DNA of 64,000 nucleotides from Gemmatimonadales bacterium (GTDB lineage: Bacteria > Gemmatimonadota > Gemmatimonadetes > Gemmatimonadales > GWC2-71-9), in contig JBBCJC010000001.1 in assembly GCA_037189525.1 (NCBI GenBank), positions 352,001 to 416,000 on the forward strand, read 5' to 3'. The notes beneath the pieces are model-generated. The model did no database searches. It saw nothing but the letters and a program-made list of their open reading frames with translations, and was not told the origin of the DNA. Below, piece after piece: positions 36,977-47,265 of the stretch. Numbering within the stretch: the stretch's first letter is position 1; every line of letters begins with the position of its first letter. A program made the translations under genes and the position numbers.

Positions 36977-39900
36977 ATGCTGCGCAATGTCATGGCGTTC
37001 GAGGTGCGGTACCACCTGACCCGGCCGGTCACCTACCTCTATTTCACCGTCTTCTTCCTGCTGGCGTTCTTCATCGTCTCCACCGATGTCGCGACGGTGT
37101 CCGGCGCAGGCGGCCAGGTCAAGCGTAACGCGCCCTATTTCGTCGCCAACACCATGATGATCCTGGTGGCGATCGGCCAGGTCATCGTCACCGGCCTGGT
37201 CGGCACCGCGGTGCTGCGCGACTACCAGTATCGGACCCACGAGCTGCTCTTCACCACCCCGATTACCCGTTTCGCCTATCTCGGCGGGCGTTTTTCCGGG
37301 GCGTTTCTCGTCATGGTCCTGGTCCATCTGGGCATTCCGCTGGGTCTCTGGCTCGGGTCGCTGATGCCGTGGATCGATCCGGAGCAGTTGCTGCCGGTTC
37401 GCACGGTCGGATACCTCTACCCGTTCCTGGTGCTGGTCCTGCCGTCGGTCTTCCTGCTCAGCGCCATTTTCTTTGCGGTCGGTGCGCTGACCCGGAGTCT
37501 CTTCGCGATCTACACCCAGGGCATCTTCCTGCTGGTGGCGTGGAGTATCGCGGGCCAGCTCTTCAATGACCTGGAGAACCGGGATCTCGCGGCCCTGCTC
37601 GAGCCCTTCGGCTTGCAGGCATTCGGGTGGCTGACCCGCTACTGGACGGTGGCCGAACGCAACACGCTGCCGGTACCGCTCAGCGGCATCATCCTCAGCA
37701 ACCGCTTGCTCTGGACGGGCATCGCGGCCGTCATCGTCGGCATCACCTTTGCCGCGTTCCGGTTCCGCAGTGCGCCCCCCACGCTGCGACGGCGGCGTAA
37801 GGCGGTCGAAACAACGAATGAGGTTGCTCCCGCGGGCGCCGCGCTGACCGTTTCCGCTCGCCAGGAATACGGAACCGGCGCCTGGCTGCGGCAGTGGATC
37901 AGCACCACGCGTCTTTCGTTCTGGAGCATCGTCCGCCAGGTGCCGTTCCTGGCCATCGTGACCGTCGGCGTGATCAACCTGATCATGTCGGCCCACTATG
38001 CCGACATGGTGTTCGGCGCCAAGACCTGGCCGGTCACCTACAACATGCTGGAGATCGTCGAAGGCGCGTTCCTGATCTTCTTCATCATCCTGATCACGAT
38101 CTACGCGGGTGAAGCGGTCTGGCGCGAACGCCAGCTGCACATGGACCAGATCACCGACGCGCTGCCCACCCGATCGAGTGTGGCGCTGCTGGGCAAGCTG
38201 TCCGGGCTGATACTGGTACACGTCCTGCTGCTGTTCGTGATGATGGCGTCGGGCATAATCGTCCAGACGCTCAAGGGATACACCAACTACGAGCCGGGCC
38301 TCTACCTGACCTACCTGTTCGGGACGACGCTACCCCAGCTCATTTACGTCACCGTCCTGGCCGTGCTGGTGCACGTCCTGGTCAACCAGAAGTTCGTCGG
38401 CCACGTGATCATGATCCTGTTCTGGATCGTGCGCAGCGTGCTCCCCCAACTCGGCCTCGAACACCAACTCTTCAGCTACGGCAACCTGCCGAGCTTCACC
38501 TATTCGGACATGAACGGCTTCGGCCCGTTCGTTCCCAACCTGCTCTGGTCGATCGTGTACTGGAGCGGGATGGCCGGCCTGCTCGGCGTGCTGGCCTACC
38601 TGTTCTGGATCCGCGGCACAGCCATGCCGTGGCGTGGGCGGCTCGCGCTGGCCGGGCGCCGGTGGCAGGGACCGGTTCGCGGTGTCACGGTCGCTGCGGC
38701 CGCCATCGCGGCCGTCGGCGGCGGGGCGATCTTCTACAACACCAACGTCCTCAACAATTACACCACCACGGCCGAGGGACGGCGCCAGCGGGCAGATTAC
38801 GAGCGGACCTACAAGCCGCTGGCCGATTTGCCCCAGCCGCGCCTGATTGCGGCGGATGTGCGCGCCGACCTCGAGCCCGAACGGCGCGCCTTTGCGCTCT
38901 CGGGAACGCTAACGTACCTGAACCGCACCGACCGTGCGATCGACTCACTCCTCGTCACCTCCAACGTGACGAGGCTGTCCATCGACACCCTCACCTGGAG
39001 CCGGCCAGCCACCATCGTGGTCAGCGACAGCGCCAAAGGCACCCGGATCTTCCGGCTCGAGGAGCCGCTGGCTCCGGGCGACACGATCCGGCTCCGCTAC
39101 CGCGCGAATTTCATCGAGCGTGGCTTCCCCAATTCCGGGCCGTCGACCGCCATCGTCGCCAACGGCACCTTTATCAACTCGACCTACTTCCCGGTGCTGG
39201 GCTATCAGCCGAGTAACGAACTCGGCTCGGACGACGATCGCCGGAAAGAGAAGCTGCCGCCCAAAGATCGCATGGCGCCGCTCGAAGACGAGCACGCCCG
39301 CAACGACATCTATTTCGGTATCAACGCCGACTGGATCGACTTCCGGGCAACCGTCAGCACAGCCCCCGATCAGATTGCCATTGCCCCAGGCTACCTGGTT
39401 CGGGAGTATGAAGAAAACGGCCGCCGCGTGTTCGAGTACGAGATGGATCGCCCGATGCTGGCGTTCTTCTCGTTCCTCTCGGCGCGCTACCAGGTCAAGC
39501 GCGACAAGTGGAACGATGTCAACCTGGAGATTTATTACCACGCCGGACACGAGTACAATCTCGACCGGATGATGGCATCGATGAAGGCGTCGCTCGAATA
39601 TTTCACGACGAACTTCAGTCCCTACCAGTTCCACCAGGTTCGCATCCTGGAATTCCCGCGCTACGCCGGCTTTGCGCAGGCCTTCCCGAATACCGTTCCC
39701 TACTCGGAACGGATCGGCTTCATCCTGCGCGCCGACCGCAAGGAGGATCTCGACATCCCGTTCTACGTCACGGCCCACGAGGTCGGCCACCAGTGGTGGG
39801 CCCACCAGGTCATCGGCGGAAACCTGCAGGGGTCGACGTTGTTCTCCGAAGGCCTGGCGAACTACTCGGCGCTGACGGTGATGGAAAAGCAGCTCGGAAC

Positions 39901-40558
39901 GGAGAAGCTGCAGCAGTTCCTGGCCGAAGAACTCGATCGGTATCTGGCCGGACGCGCGAGTGAGACCAAGAGGGAAATGCCGTTGATGCGGGTGGAGAAC
40001 CAGCCCTACATCCACTACAACAAGGGCTCGCTCGCGCTCTATGCCTTGCGGGATTACATCGGCGAGGACGCGATGAACCGGGCGCTGAGCCGGTTCCTGG
40101 CCGAGAAGGCCTATCAAGCGCCGCCCTTTACCACCAGCCGCGAGTTCCTGGGCTACCTGGAGGCGGAGACCCCGGACTCATTGCAGTACGTGCTCGAGGA
40201 TCTGTTCCGTACCATCACGCTGTGGGACAACAGCGTCGAATCGGTGCGGGCGACCCCGCGAGACGATGGCAAGTTCGACGTGAGCCTGGCGATCCGATCG
40301 CTCAAGTTCCGGGCGGACAGCGTCGGTAACCAGACGGAAATCCCGGTCAACGACCTGGTCGACATCGGCGTCTTCGGCGCGGCCGAGCCCGGCAGCAAGC
40401 TTGGCCCCGCGCTCTACCGCGCCAAACACTGGATTCGGAGCCGGGACACCACCATAACCGTGACGGTCGATGCGCAGCCACGCCGGGCAGGGGTCGATCC
40501 GTACAACAAGCTGATCGACCGCGACCCGAGGGATAACGCGCGAGACGTGACGCCCTGA
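36977..40558 (+). CDS. ABC permease (tandem ABC-2 membrane domains) fused to an M1-family aminopeptidase
   Basis: About 13 TM segments, then a soluble domain with AHEVGHQWW-18x-E (SEGLANY), YIHYNKG; GFAQAF replaces GAMEN. Confidence 0.9.
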   Translation: MLRNVMAFEVRYHLTRPVTYLYFTVFFLLAFFIVSTDVATVSGAGGQVKRNAPYFVANTMMILVAIGQVIVTGLVGTAVLRDYQYRTHELLFTTPITRFAYLGGRFSGAFLVMVLVHLGIPLGLWLGSLMPWIDPEQLLPVRTVGYLYPFLVLVLPSVFLLSAIFFAVGALTRSLFAIYTQGIFLLVAWSIAGQLFNDLENRDLAALLEPFGLQAFGWLTRYWTVAERNTLPVPLSGIILSNRLLWTGIAAVIVGITFAAFRFRSAPPTLRRRRKAVETTNEVAPAGAALTVSARQEYGTGAWLRQWISTTRLSFWSIVRQVPFLAIVTVGVINLIMSAHYADMVFGAKTWPVTYNMLEIVEGAFLIFFIILITIYAGEAVWRERQLHMDQITDALPTRSSVALLGKLSGLILVHVLLLFVMMASGIIVQTLKGYTNYEPGLYLTYLFGTTLPQLIYVTVLAVLVHVLVNQKFVGHVIMILFWIVRSVLPQLGLEHQLFSYGNLPSFTYSDMNGFGPFVPNLLWSIVYWSGMAGLLGVLAYLFWIRGTAMPWRGRLALAGRRWQGPVRGVTVAAAAIAAVGGGAIFYNTNVLNNYTTTAEGRRQRADYERTYKPLADLPQPRLIAADVRADLEPERRAFALSGTLTYLNRTDRAIDSLLVTSNVTRLSIDTLTWSRPATIVVSDSAKGTRIFRLEEPLAPGDTIRLRYRANFIERGFPNSGPSTAIVANGTFINSTYFPVLGYQPSNELGSDDDRRKEKLPPKDRMAPLEDEHARNDIYFGINADWIDFRATVSTAPDQIAIAPGYLVREYEENGRRVFEYEMDRPMLAFFSFLSARYQVKRDKWNDVNLEIYYHAGHEYNLDRMMASMKASLEYFTTNFSPYQFHQVRILEFPRYAGFAQAFPNTVPYSERIGFILRADRKEDLDIPFYVTAHEVGHQWWAHQVIGGNLQGSTLFSEGLANYSALTVMEKQLGTEKLQQFLAEELDRYLAGRASETKREMPLMRVENQPYIHYNKGSLALYALRDYIGEDAMNRALSRFLAEKAYQAPPFTTSREFLGYLEAETPDSLQYVLEDLFRTITLWDNSVESVRATPRDDGKFDVSLAIRSLKFRADSVGNQTEIPVNDLVDIGVFGAAEPGSKLGPALYRAKHWIRSRDTTITVTVDAQPRRAGVDPYNKLIDRDPRDNARDVTP

Positions 40559-40576
40559 TTTCCGTTCGCACTCTTC

Positions 40577-40603
40577 TCCTCCGGGTCAAGGTGACTCGGA
40601 GGA
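40577..40603. terminator. Hairpin downstream of the ABC-M1 gene
   Basis: TCCTCCGGGTCA-AGG-TGACTCGGAGGA; weak U tract. Confidence 0.45.
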
Positions 40604-40713
40604 AAGGGGCGCGAAGCCGCAACGGGCCGGATCCGCCCTTCTGTGTCGTAGGGGTACACGGCGGTGCAGACCTCTTTTGCGAAGGCGCCTGCCGATGATC
40701 AGGTGGAACGACC

Positions 40714-41097
40714 TCACGATGCTGGCAGAAGCCGCGCCTGCAGAAGTCGTGTCACCGGATAGGGACAATCCCCGCCAACGACCTGGACCACGACACCGGA
40801 CACACTCCAGTCCGCGTATCCGACAGCCGAGATTCGGACATCGAACGGGCCCTTCCCGGTTCCTCCAAACAGTGTGTTGCCGACCTGCGTCCGCTTCAGG
40901 CTGTCGATGGCAGTTCGGCCAACGACGACACCACGCGCGATCGACACCAGGGATGCACCGGAGACAGAGTCAGTAACGACGACACTGATTGGCGGAGTAT
41001 ACTCGGCGATACACACGACCGGCTCTGAACACGCTGCCAGAGCGGTACCTCCGGTTGCTGCGAGCGCCCGAGCGAGACGGCGGCTAGTGGTCAGCAT
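40714..41097 (-). CDS. Hypothetical lipoprotein (single beta-sandwich)
   Basis: Signal ...TALAA-C, then CIAEYTPPISVVVTDSVSGA; Cys pair. Confidence 0.7.
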   Translation of the reverse strand: MLTTSRRLARALAATGGTALAACSEPVVCIAEYTPPISVVVTDSVSGASLVSIARGVVVGRTAIDSLKRTQVGNTLFGGTGKGPFDVRISAVGYADWSVSGVVVQVVGGDCPYPVTRLLQARLLPAS

Positions 41098-41116
41098 ATA
41101 CCCCACACGTCTGTTC

Positions 41117-41560
41117 TTATGGTACGGGAAGACGAACCGTCACTTCCTCCAAAGGCGGCGGTCCCGGCACTGGAACGAACCTGACAGACACCAGGGCGCT
41201 GTCCAGGTAGAACGGGTTATCTGGCACGGTCGGTGAACTGCCGTAGTGAACCCAAACGTCTCTGACCTCCGGGCCGCCGGTCATGCGCGGCCCGGAGTCG
41301 AGCACGCGAAGCTCGGCAGTCCCGTCGGAGTTCGGGGATTTCCCGTCGGCACCTCGAACGGAAATGAAATAACGGCTGCCGGTCAACGGCTGATCCGCAT
41401 TGCCCACCAAGCGAACACGGATCCGCGCGCACCCGGCGATCGGGATGTTCTCGATCGTGGCGGGGCACTCGTCGGACTCCGGCTCGCTCAGAGATTGACA
41501 GGCAAAAACGAGGAGCAACGGAACACCCACGACGAGGCAACGGACGGCCGAACTCGTCAT
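41117..41560 (-). CDS. Hypothetical lipoprotein
   Basis: MTSSAVRCLVVGVPLLLVFA-C signal; beta-rich; co-oriented 20 nt upstream of the previous gene. Confidence 0.6.
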   Translation of the reverse strand: MTSSAVRCLVVGVPLLLVFACQSLSEPESDECPATIENIPIAGCARIRVRLVGNADQPLTGSRYFISVRGADGKSPNSDGTAELRVLDSGPRMTGGPEVRDVWVHYGSSPTVPDNPFYLDSALVSVRFVPVPGPPPLEEVTVRLPVP

Positions 41561-41621
41561 CCGAGACGAAGCGCGAAAATCTGCCCATCCACCGCCGGAC
41601 CGTTGCATCAGAACACCCCCG

Positions 41622-42979
41622 CTACCTGACCAGATGGAGCCGATCCTGCCGTTGGAGCACCCAGCTCGGCCGGCCATCTCGTCCTACGAAGAAATCTTCT
41701 TCCTGCGCAATGCGCACCTTCTGGCCACCCCATTCCGGTACCGGGGAGGTGACCTGCAGTTCGCTGGAGTACCACATCCCCGGAATAACCTTGTGATCTC
41801 CCCGACCCGGGACTCCCTCCTGATAATCCCACAACCCGATCAATGGCCCGGCCCCGTGCCCATGCATCCCGACCGGATGGCTGTACATCGTGCCGTCCAG
41901 CCCCTCGCGGGTCATGGTCGCGCGCACGGCGGCAAGGATCTCGTTGCCGCTCCGGCCCGGCCGGACCTCTTCGAACAAAATATCCTGCAGCCGGTTGGCG
42001 CGGGCGAGCGCGCGCGTAAGCCCTGCCGGCGCGGCGGTCTCTCCTTCACGCAGGACGTAGGCATTGTGCTGCGTATCGGTGTTGAGTCTGAGCGCGGTGA
42101 GTCCGACGTCGCACCAGATCAGGTCGCCCCGCTGGATCACCGGATCGCTGCCCAGCTCCTCGGCCGACACGCCGCGACGCTGCACGGCCACCGACGGCTG
42201 GAACCACGTACCGATGCCAAGATCCGCCACGCGCTGTCGCCACCACCAGACCAGATCGCTGGTCTTCGTGACTCCGGCGTTATGGTGCGAGACGAGAACA
42301 TCTCCTCGATCATGTCCCACACCAGCCGAGTGAGGTCGCGGAAAAACGCCTCTTCCTCCGGAAGCCGGGCCGCGATGAAGTCCACCGCCAACCCCTCGGC
42401 CGGCCGAAACCGGCTCGTCCACTGCGGACCGAGCGCCTCGGACATGCCCTCGAGCTCGCCGGCCGAGAGCCCGTCGGAAAAAGCAAACACCCGGGAGGTA
42501 TTGATCCCGATGACCTTCGGTTGCCGCGCTTCGATCACCTCTTTGAGTACCTGCCACTGCTGGTCGCCCCAAAGCTCGGCCTGGCGTCCGGCAACCCCCT
42601 CGGCGGCGCGGGTCGAGCGTACCGCCTCGTAGAGCCCGCCCTGGGAAGTTCCACCCAGCGCAATTCGCTCGACGCTCCGCTCCGGGCCGCGATCGAAGAA
42701 GACGTAGATCGTCCGCCGCCGCGCCGCGAACGTCGTGGGCGACACGAGCGAGGTGAAGACCGGGTCCTCGTTGTACTCCCGCATCGGGATGACCCACATG
42801 TCGATCCCATAGCTGCGCATCAGCGGCGGCAGTACCGCCTCGAGGCGTTTGGCCAGCCACGCCTGTTGCCGCTCGGCCTGTTCCCGCATGGTGCCGAAGG
42901 GCCGCTGCTGCGCCTCCGCAGCGCTCAGAGCTCCGAGCACCAAGACCAGCGTCAGGCTCCATGCGAATCGGCGCGCCAT
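41622..42979 (-). pseudogene. Exported M24-family Xaa-Pro aminopeptidase, split by a single-base frameshift near 42275
   Basis: N-half (ATG 42979, signal peptide) reads ...MFSSRTITP; the C-half in another frame reads GVTKTSDLVWW...WCDVG, NTDTQ, SHPVG.HGH, SELQ, QEED. Adding one G in ACGCCGG^AGTC restores a full ORF. Could be a sequencing error. Confidence 0.8.
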
Positions 42980-44100
42980 CAGTGTCGCCCCATCAGGTCG
43001 AGGTAGGCGCGATCCCATGCCGCGGGCATGCTTTCCCGCGCGGAGTACGGGCCAGGCTGATAACGACGGGATTTGATGCCGATCAAACTTTCCTCCGTGA
43101 TGTGCCAGTCCTGCCGATTGGTGAGATCCCACATCGAAACCGCGTCCTCCGGATTGAAGCCGGCCGTATCGAAGGCATCCGGATGAAACAGCCATTCGCT
43201 TTCGACGATGGTCCGCTCCGCCGAGATCGGCCAGACCAGATAGTAGTTGACGTAATCGGGATGGATACTCAACATCAGATTGGGCATGATGGTGTAGTAG
43301 TATGCCCGCCGCTGATCGTCCGCCGGCAGATCGGCAATCAATCGCGCTGCGTAGCGACCCGAGGTCGTGACGCTCTCGAACTCGTCGACGATCTCCATGT
43401 ACCCGCCGAGATAAGGCCCCTCCACCAAATCATTGGCGCCACTCTGATACGGCAGGCGGCATGACAACTCCGGATGAATCATCGGGCAATGAAGACATTC
43501 GGAGAAGTTCTGATAGATCAGCTTCCAATTCGATCGGATATCGTAGCTGACCCGGTGTCCGACCCTGAGGCGATCGAGACCGAAGCGACTCAGCCGACCG
43601 ATCAGCGGCGCCGCCGCCAGCTCGAACGGCTCCGCTCGCGGATCGAGGTTGACGAAGAGAAACCCCTCCCACTCGGCGATCCGAGCCGCATGCAGGCCGT
43701 AGTCGGATTTGACGAAACCCTCGACATCCTGCATGTGGGGCGCACCGAGCAACCTGCCGTCGGTGCCGAAGGTCCAGGCGTGATACGGGCACTGGATCGA
43801 GCCGGAAAAGCGCCCGCTCTCCTGCTCACAGAGTCGGGTACCGCGGTGACGGCAGACATTGAAGAGCGCCCGCAACTCACCGCTCCGGTCTCGAACGATG
43901 ATCAGGGATTCGCCCGCGATGGTGCGCAGGAAGTAGTCGCCGGGCTGGGCCACCCGATCCGAGCGGCCGACGCAATGCCACTGGGTCAGCCCGATGCGTT
44001 CGGCTTCTTCGGCAAAGATCTCGGGCGACACATAATACGCCGCCGGCATCGTGAACGACCCTTGCCGGAAGGTGGTCGTCGTGCGGTGAAATGCGTCCAT
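42979..44100 (-). CDS. Rieske non-heme iron oxygenase alpha subunit (betaine/choline/stachydrine oxygenase-like)
   Basis: CRHRG...CPYHAW Rieske motif; NWKL, ECLHCPMIHPEL mononuclear Fe site; NRQD. Confidence 0.9.
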   Translation of the reverse strand: MDAFHRTTTTFRQGSFTMPAAYYVSPEIFAEEAERIGLTQWHCVGRSDRVAQPGDYFLRTIAGESLIIVRDRSGELRALFNVCRHRGTRLCEQESGRFSGSIQCPYHAWTFGTDGRLLGAPHMQDVEGFVKSDYGLHAARIAEWEGFLFVNLDPRAEPFELAAAPLIGRLSRFGLDRLRVGHRVSYDIRSNWKLIYQNFSECLHCPMIHPELSCRLPYQSGANDLVEGPYLGGYMEIVDEFESVTTSGRYAARLIADLPADDQRRAYYYTIMPNLMLSIHPDYVNYYLVWPISAERTIVESEWLFHPDAFDTAGFNPEDAVSMWDLTNRQDWHITEESLIGIKSRRYQPGPYSARESMPAAWDRAYLDLMGRH

Positions 44101-44149
44101 CCCTGCCCCGTTTCCGTCGGCAACCGGTCCGCTGCGACGCCGGCGCGCC

Positions 44150-45697
44150 TTATCTGCGCCCGCCGAGCACCGCTTGCGCTGCAAGCCAGGCGGAGGCGCC
44201 GACGATGCCTCCACCCGGATGGGTTCCCGAACCCGCGAGATAGAGACCGTTCACCGGCATGGCATACTGTGACCACCCCGGAATCGGCCGCATGAACAGG
44301 ATCTGGTCGAGCATCATCTCACCCTGGCTGACCGCGCCCTCCCGGAGCCCGAAGTCGCGCTCGATGTCGAGTGGCGTGAGCACCACCCGATCGCGCACCA
44401 ACTCGGTAAAACCGGGAATCCGATCGCCGACCACCTGCAGCGCGAGATTGCCGACGGTATCCCGCAACTGGTCCCAGTCGCCGTCCCGCAAATGATACGG
44501 CGTAAACTGGACATGCAGCACCGCCACGTGCTTGCCAGCGGGCGCAAACTCGGTATGGGCAATGGTGGGAAATCGCACTTCAACATACGGCGCGTCGGAT
44601 AGCCGCCCGTATTTGGTGGCATCATAGGCCCGCTCGAGGTACCGGATCGACGGAGCCAGGGCAATCCGCCCGTCGAAGCCGGCCGGCAGCGGCGGGAGTC
44701 CGTCGAGCGCGACCATCACTTTGCTGACCGCGCCGCGATAGCGGATGTTGCGCACCGCGTGGATCAGTGCCGGATCGAACCAGACCGGGTCGACGAGTTC
44801 GAGCAGAGAGCGATATGGATCCAAGGTCGACACGACCTCCTGACAGTCGATCTCCTCGCCCGACGCCAGGACGACGCTGCGCACCCGATAGTCGTCGACC
44901 GCGATCCGGGAAACCCGCGCATCCGTCCTGAGATCCACCCCGACGCGCCGGGCCTGATCGACCAGTGCCGTGACCAGCGCCGACGGATCGGTGCCGCCAC
45001 GAATCCGATAACCGCCCGGATCACTGCCCACCTGGCGATGCAGCAGGGAGAAGGTCGTCCCGCCCGAACACGGCCCCTGGCAGAGATCGGTCACGGCGTC
45101 GGCCGCCACGACCCCTTTGAGCAGGTCGGACTGGAACCACTCATCCAGCAACTCGGCCACCGCCATCGGCACCACACGCAACACCTCGACCATCTCCTCT
45201 CGGCCCAAACTACGCAGCTTGCGACCGAGTTTCAGGAGCCCTACCATCTCGTCCAACCGGTCCGCATCGACCCGGGGCGGCGCCGAGACATAGAGGGTCC
45301 GGAGAAAACCGGCCAGCCGGTGGAGTCGCGCGGCAAAACCGGGCCAGGCATCCGCATCGGCAGGACTATGGCGGCGGAGATTTTCGGCGGTGGCCTTCGC
45401 GTCGGCGTGGATCTCGAGCCATTCACCACCGTCGACCGGCGCGATGATCCGGGCAACCGGATCGCGAGCCTCCGGCAGCCCCAGACCGATGCCGCGGGCA
45501 ACCTCGGGAGGAAACCAGCCCGGGTCGCCGGCCATGGGGAGAGCGCGGTAGCCGGGCACAAACTCGATCGGACGCAGCACCCCGCCGAATCCCGGTCCCG
45601 CTTCGAGCAGGATGACCTTGGTACCGGCCCGGGCCAACGCAATGGCCGCCACCAACCCGCTGGTGCCGCCGCCGATGACGATGGTCGGGACGCTCAT
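44150..45697 (-). CDS. PYROXD2/phytoene-dehydrogenase-like FAD oxidoreductase (divergent paralog)
   Basis: IGGGTSGL, ERAYD, TPLDIE..GL.EG...GE..LDQ, GSGTHPGGG; ATGA-coupled. Confidence 0.88.
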   Translation of the reverse strand: MSVPTIVIGGGTSGLVAAIALARAGTKVILLEAGPGFGGVLRPIEFVPGYRALPMAGDPGWFPPEVARGIGLGLPEARDPVARIIAPVDGGEWLEIHADAKATAENLRRHSPADADAWPGFAARLHRLAGFLRTLYVSAPPRVDADRLDEMVGLLKLGRKLRSLGREEMVEVLRVVPMAVAELLDEWFQSDLLKGVVAADAVTDLCQGPCSGGTTFSLLHRQVGSDPGGYRIRGGTDPSALVTALVDQARRVGVDLRTDARVSRIAVDDYRVRSVVLASGEEIDCQEVVSTLDPYRSLLELVDPVWFDPALIHAVRNIRYRGAVSKVMVALDGLPPLPAGFDGRIALAPSIRYLERAYDATKYGRLSDAPYVEVRFPTIAHTEFAPAGKHVAVLHVQFTPYHLRDGDWDQLRDTVGNLALQVVGDRIPGFTELVRDRVVLTPLDIERDFGLREGAVSQGEMMLDQILFMRPIPGWSQYAMPVNGLYLAGSGTHPGGGIVGASAWLAAQAVLGGRR

Positions 45698-47265
45698 TGG
45701 TCCGCCAGAATCTTGAGCGCCGCCAGACGACCCGACGCGCCCATGATGCCGCCCCCGGGATGGGTGCCCGCGCCGCACTGGTAGTAGCCGCGAATCGGCG
45801 TCCGGTACTTGGCCCACGCCGCGGCCGGCCGCAGGAAGAACAACTGCTGCAAGGCAAGCTCTCCCGCAAAAATGTTCCCCTCCGACAGCCCGGTGATCCG
45901 CTCGATATCGACGGGTGTCAGGACCTGCCGGTGCAGGATGGCGCTCTTGAGGTTCGGGGCGTATCGGGTCAGCGTATCGACCACCGCATCGCCGAATGCC
46001 TCCCGCTTCGCATCCGTCCAGCCACCGTTCAGATGATACGGCGCGTACTGCACGAAGATGCTCATCACATGCTTACCCGGCGGCGCCATGCCCGGATCGA
46101 TCATCGAGGGAATCACGATGTCCATGTACGGACTGCGGGAGAACTCCCCGTACTTGGCGTCGTCGTAAGCCCGCTCGAGATAGTCGAGACTCGGGCTGAT
46201 GGAAAACGCCCCTCGATGCTGAGGACCGACGCCAGGCATGCAGGTAAAGTTCGGCAGCTCGGACAAGGCCAGATTCACCTTGCCGGACGAACCGCGAAAC
46301 TTGAAGCGTCGGACGGCGTCGACAAGGTCGGTAGGCAACGCGGCCGGATCGACCAGCTCGAGAAATGTTCGCCGCGGATCGAGTCCGCTCACCACCAGCG
46401 GCGCCTTGATCTCCTCCCCGCTGTCAAGCACCACGCCCACGGCCCGATCGCCCTGCGTCAGCACCTTGGCCACGGCCGCATTGGTCCGAATCGTCGCCCC
46501 GAACGACTCGGCCGCCCGCCCGATGGCATTGCTGATCGACCCGGTGCCACCCTTGGCAAAGCCCCAGGCCCGGAATGCGCCGTCGATCTCGCCCATGTAA
46601 TGATGCAGCAGCACGTAGGCCGACCCGGGAGAGCGGGGCCCCAGAAAGGTGCCGATGATCCCGCTGGCCGATTTGGTCGCCTTGAGCGGATCGAACTCGA
46701 ACCATTCGCCCAGATAGTCGGCGGAGCTCATGGTCATGAGTTTATACAAGGCGTGAAACCGCTCCGCACCGAGCGACCGCATGTGGGTCCCGAGCTTGAG
46801 CATGCCGCGCAGATCGCTGGGCGCGAGTGAGGTCGGATCGGGAGGGATCATGCCGAGGATCGGCCGAACCGCCATGGCCATATGATGCATCATCCGCCCG
46901 AACTCGATCGTCGCCTCCGCATCGAGCGGCGAGTGGCGGGCAATTTCCTGGCGCGTCTGGTCCGGGTCGGCCCACCCGGCGAGGTAGTCGCCGTTGTCGA
47001 GCGGCGTCACCGTGCTTTCGAGCGGAAGGATCTGGAGTCCGTGCCGCGGCAGATCCAGATCGCGGATGATCTCGGGACGCAGCAGGCTGACGACGTACGA
47101 AAAGACCGAGAAGGTGAAGCCCGGAAAGACTTCCTCGCTCACCGCCGCTCCGCCGATCAGGTGGCGACGCTCGAGCACCAGGACTCGCCGGCCGGCGCGG
47201 GCCAGGTACGCCGCGGTTACCAGGCCGTTGTGCCCGCCGCCGATGATGATGGCATCGTAGCTCAC
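45694..47265 (-). CDS. PYROXD2/phytoene-dehydrogenase-like FAD oxidoreductase
   Basis: IIIGGGHNGLVTAAYLA, GGAAVSEE.FPGF, YVLLHHYMG, GAGTHPGGG; GTGA-coupled. Confidence 0.92.
   Translation of the reverse strand: MSYDAIIIGGGHNGLVTAAYLARAGRRVLVLERRHLIGGAAVSEEVFPGFTFSVFSYVVSLLRPEIIRDLDLPRHGLQILPLESTVTPLDNGDYLAGWADPDQTRQEIARHSPLDAEATIEFGRMMHHMAMAVRPILGMIPPDPTSLAPSDLRGMLKLGTHMRSLGAERFHALYKLMTMSSADYLGEWFEFDPLKATKSASGIIGTFLGPRSPGSAYVLLHHYMGEIDGAFRAWGFAKGGTGSISNAIGRAAESFGATIRTNAAVAKVLTQGDRAVGVVLDSGEEIKAPLVVSGLDPRRTFLELVDPAALPTDLVDAVRRFKFRGSSGKVNLALSELPNFTCMPGVGPQHRGAFSISPSLDYLERAYDDAKYGEFSRSPYMDIVIPSMIDPGMAPPGKHVMSIFVQYAPYHLNGGWTDAKREAFGDAVVDTLTRYAPNLKSAILHRQVLTPVDIERITGLSEGNIFAGELALQQLFFLRPAAAWAKYRTPIRGYYQCGAGTHPGGGIMGASGRLAALKILADQ

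Noticed and set aside
42265..42290. Programmed ribosomal frameshift in the M24 gene
   Set aside because: No slippery sequence or stimulatory element recognised.
44150..47265. Carotenoid biosynthesis genes (crtI/crtO)
   Set aside because: No crtB/crtE/crtY context; PYROXD2-type motifs and coupling to GcvT and Rieske genes.
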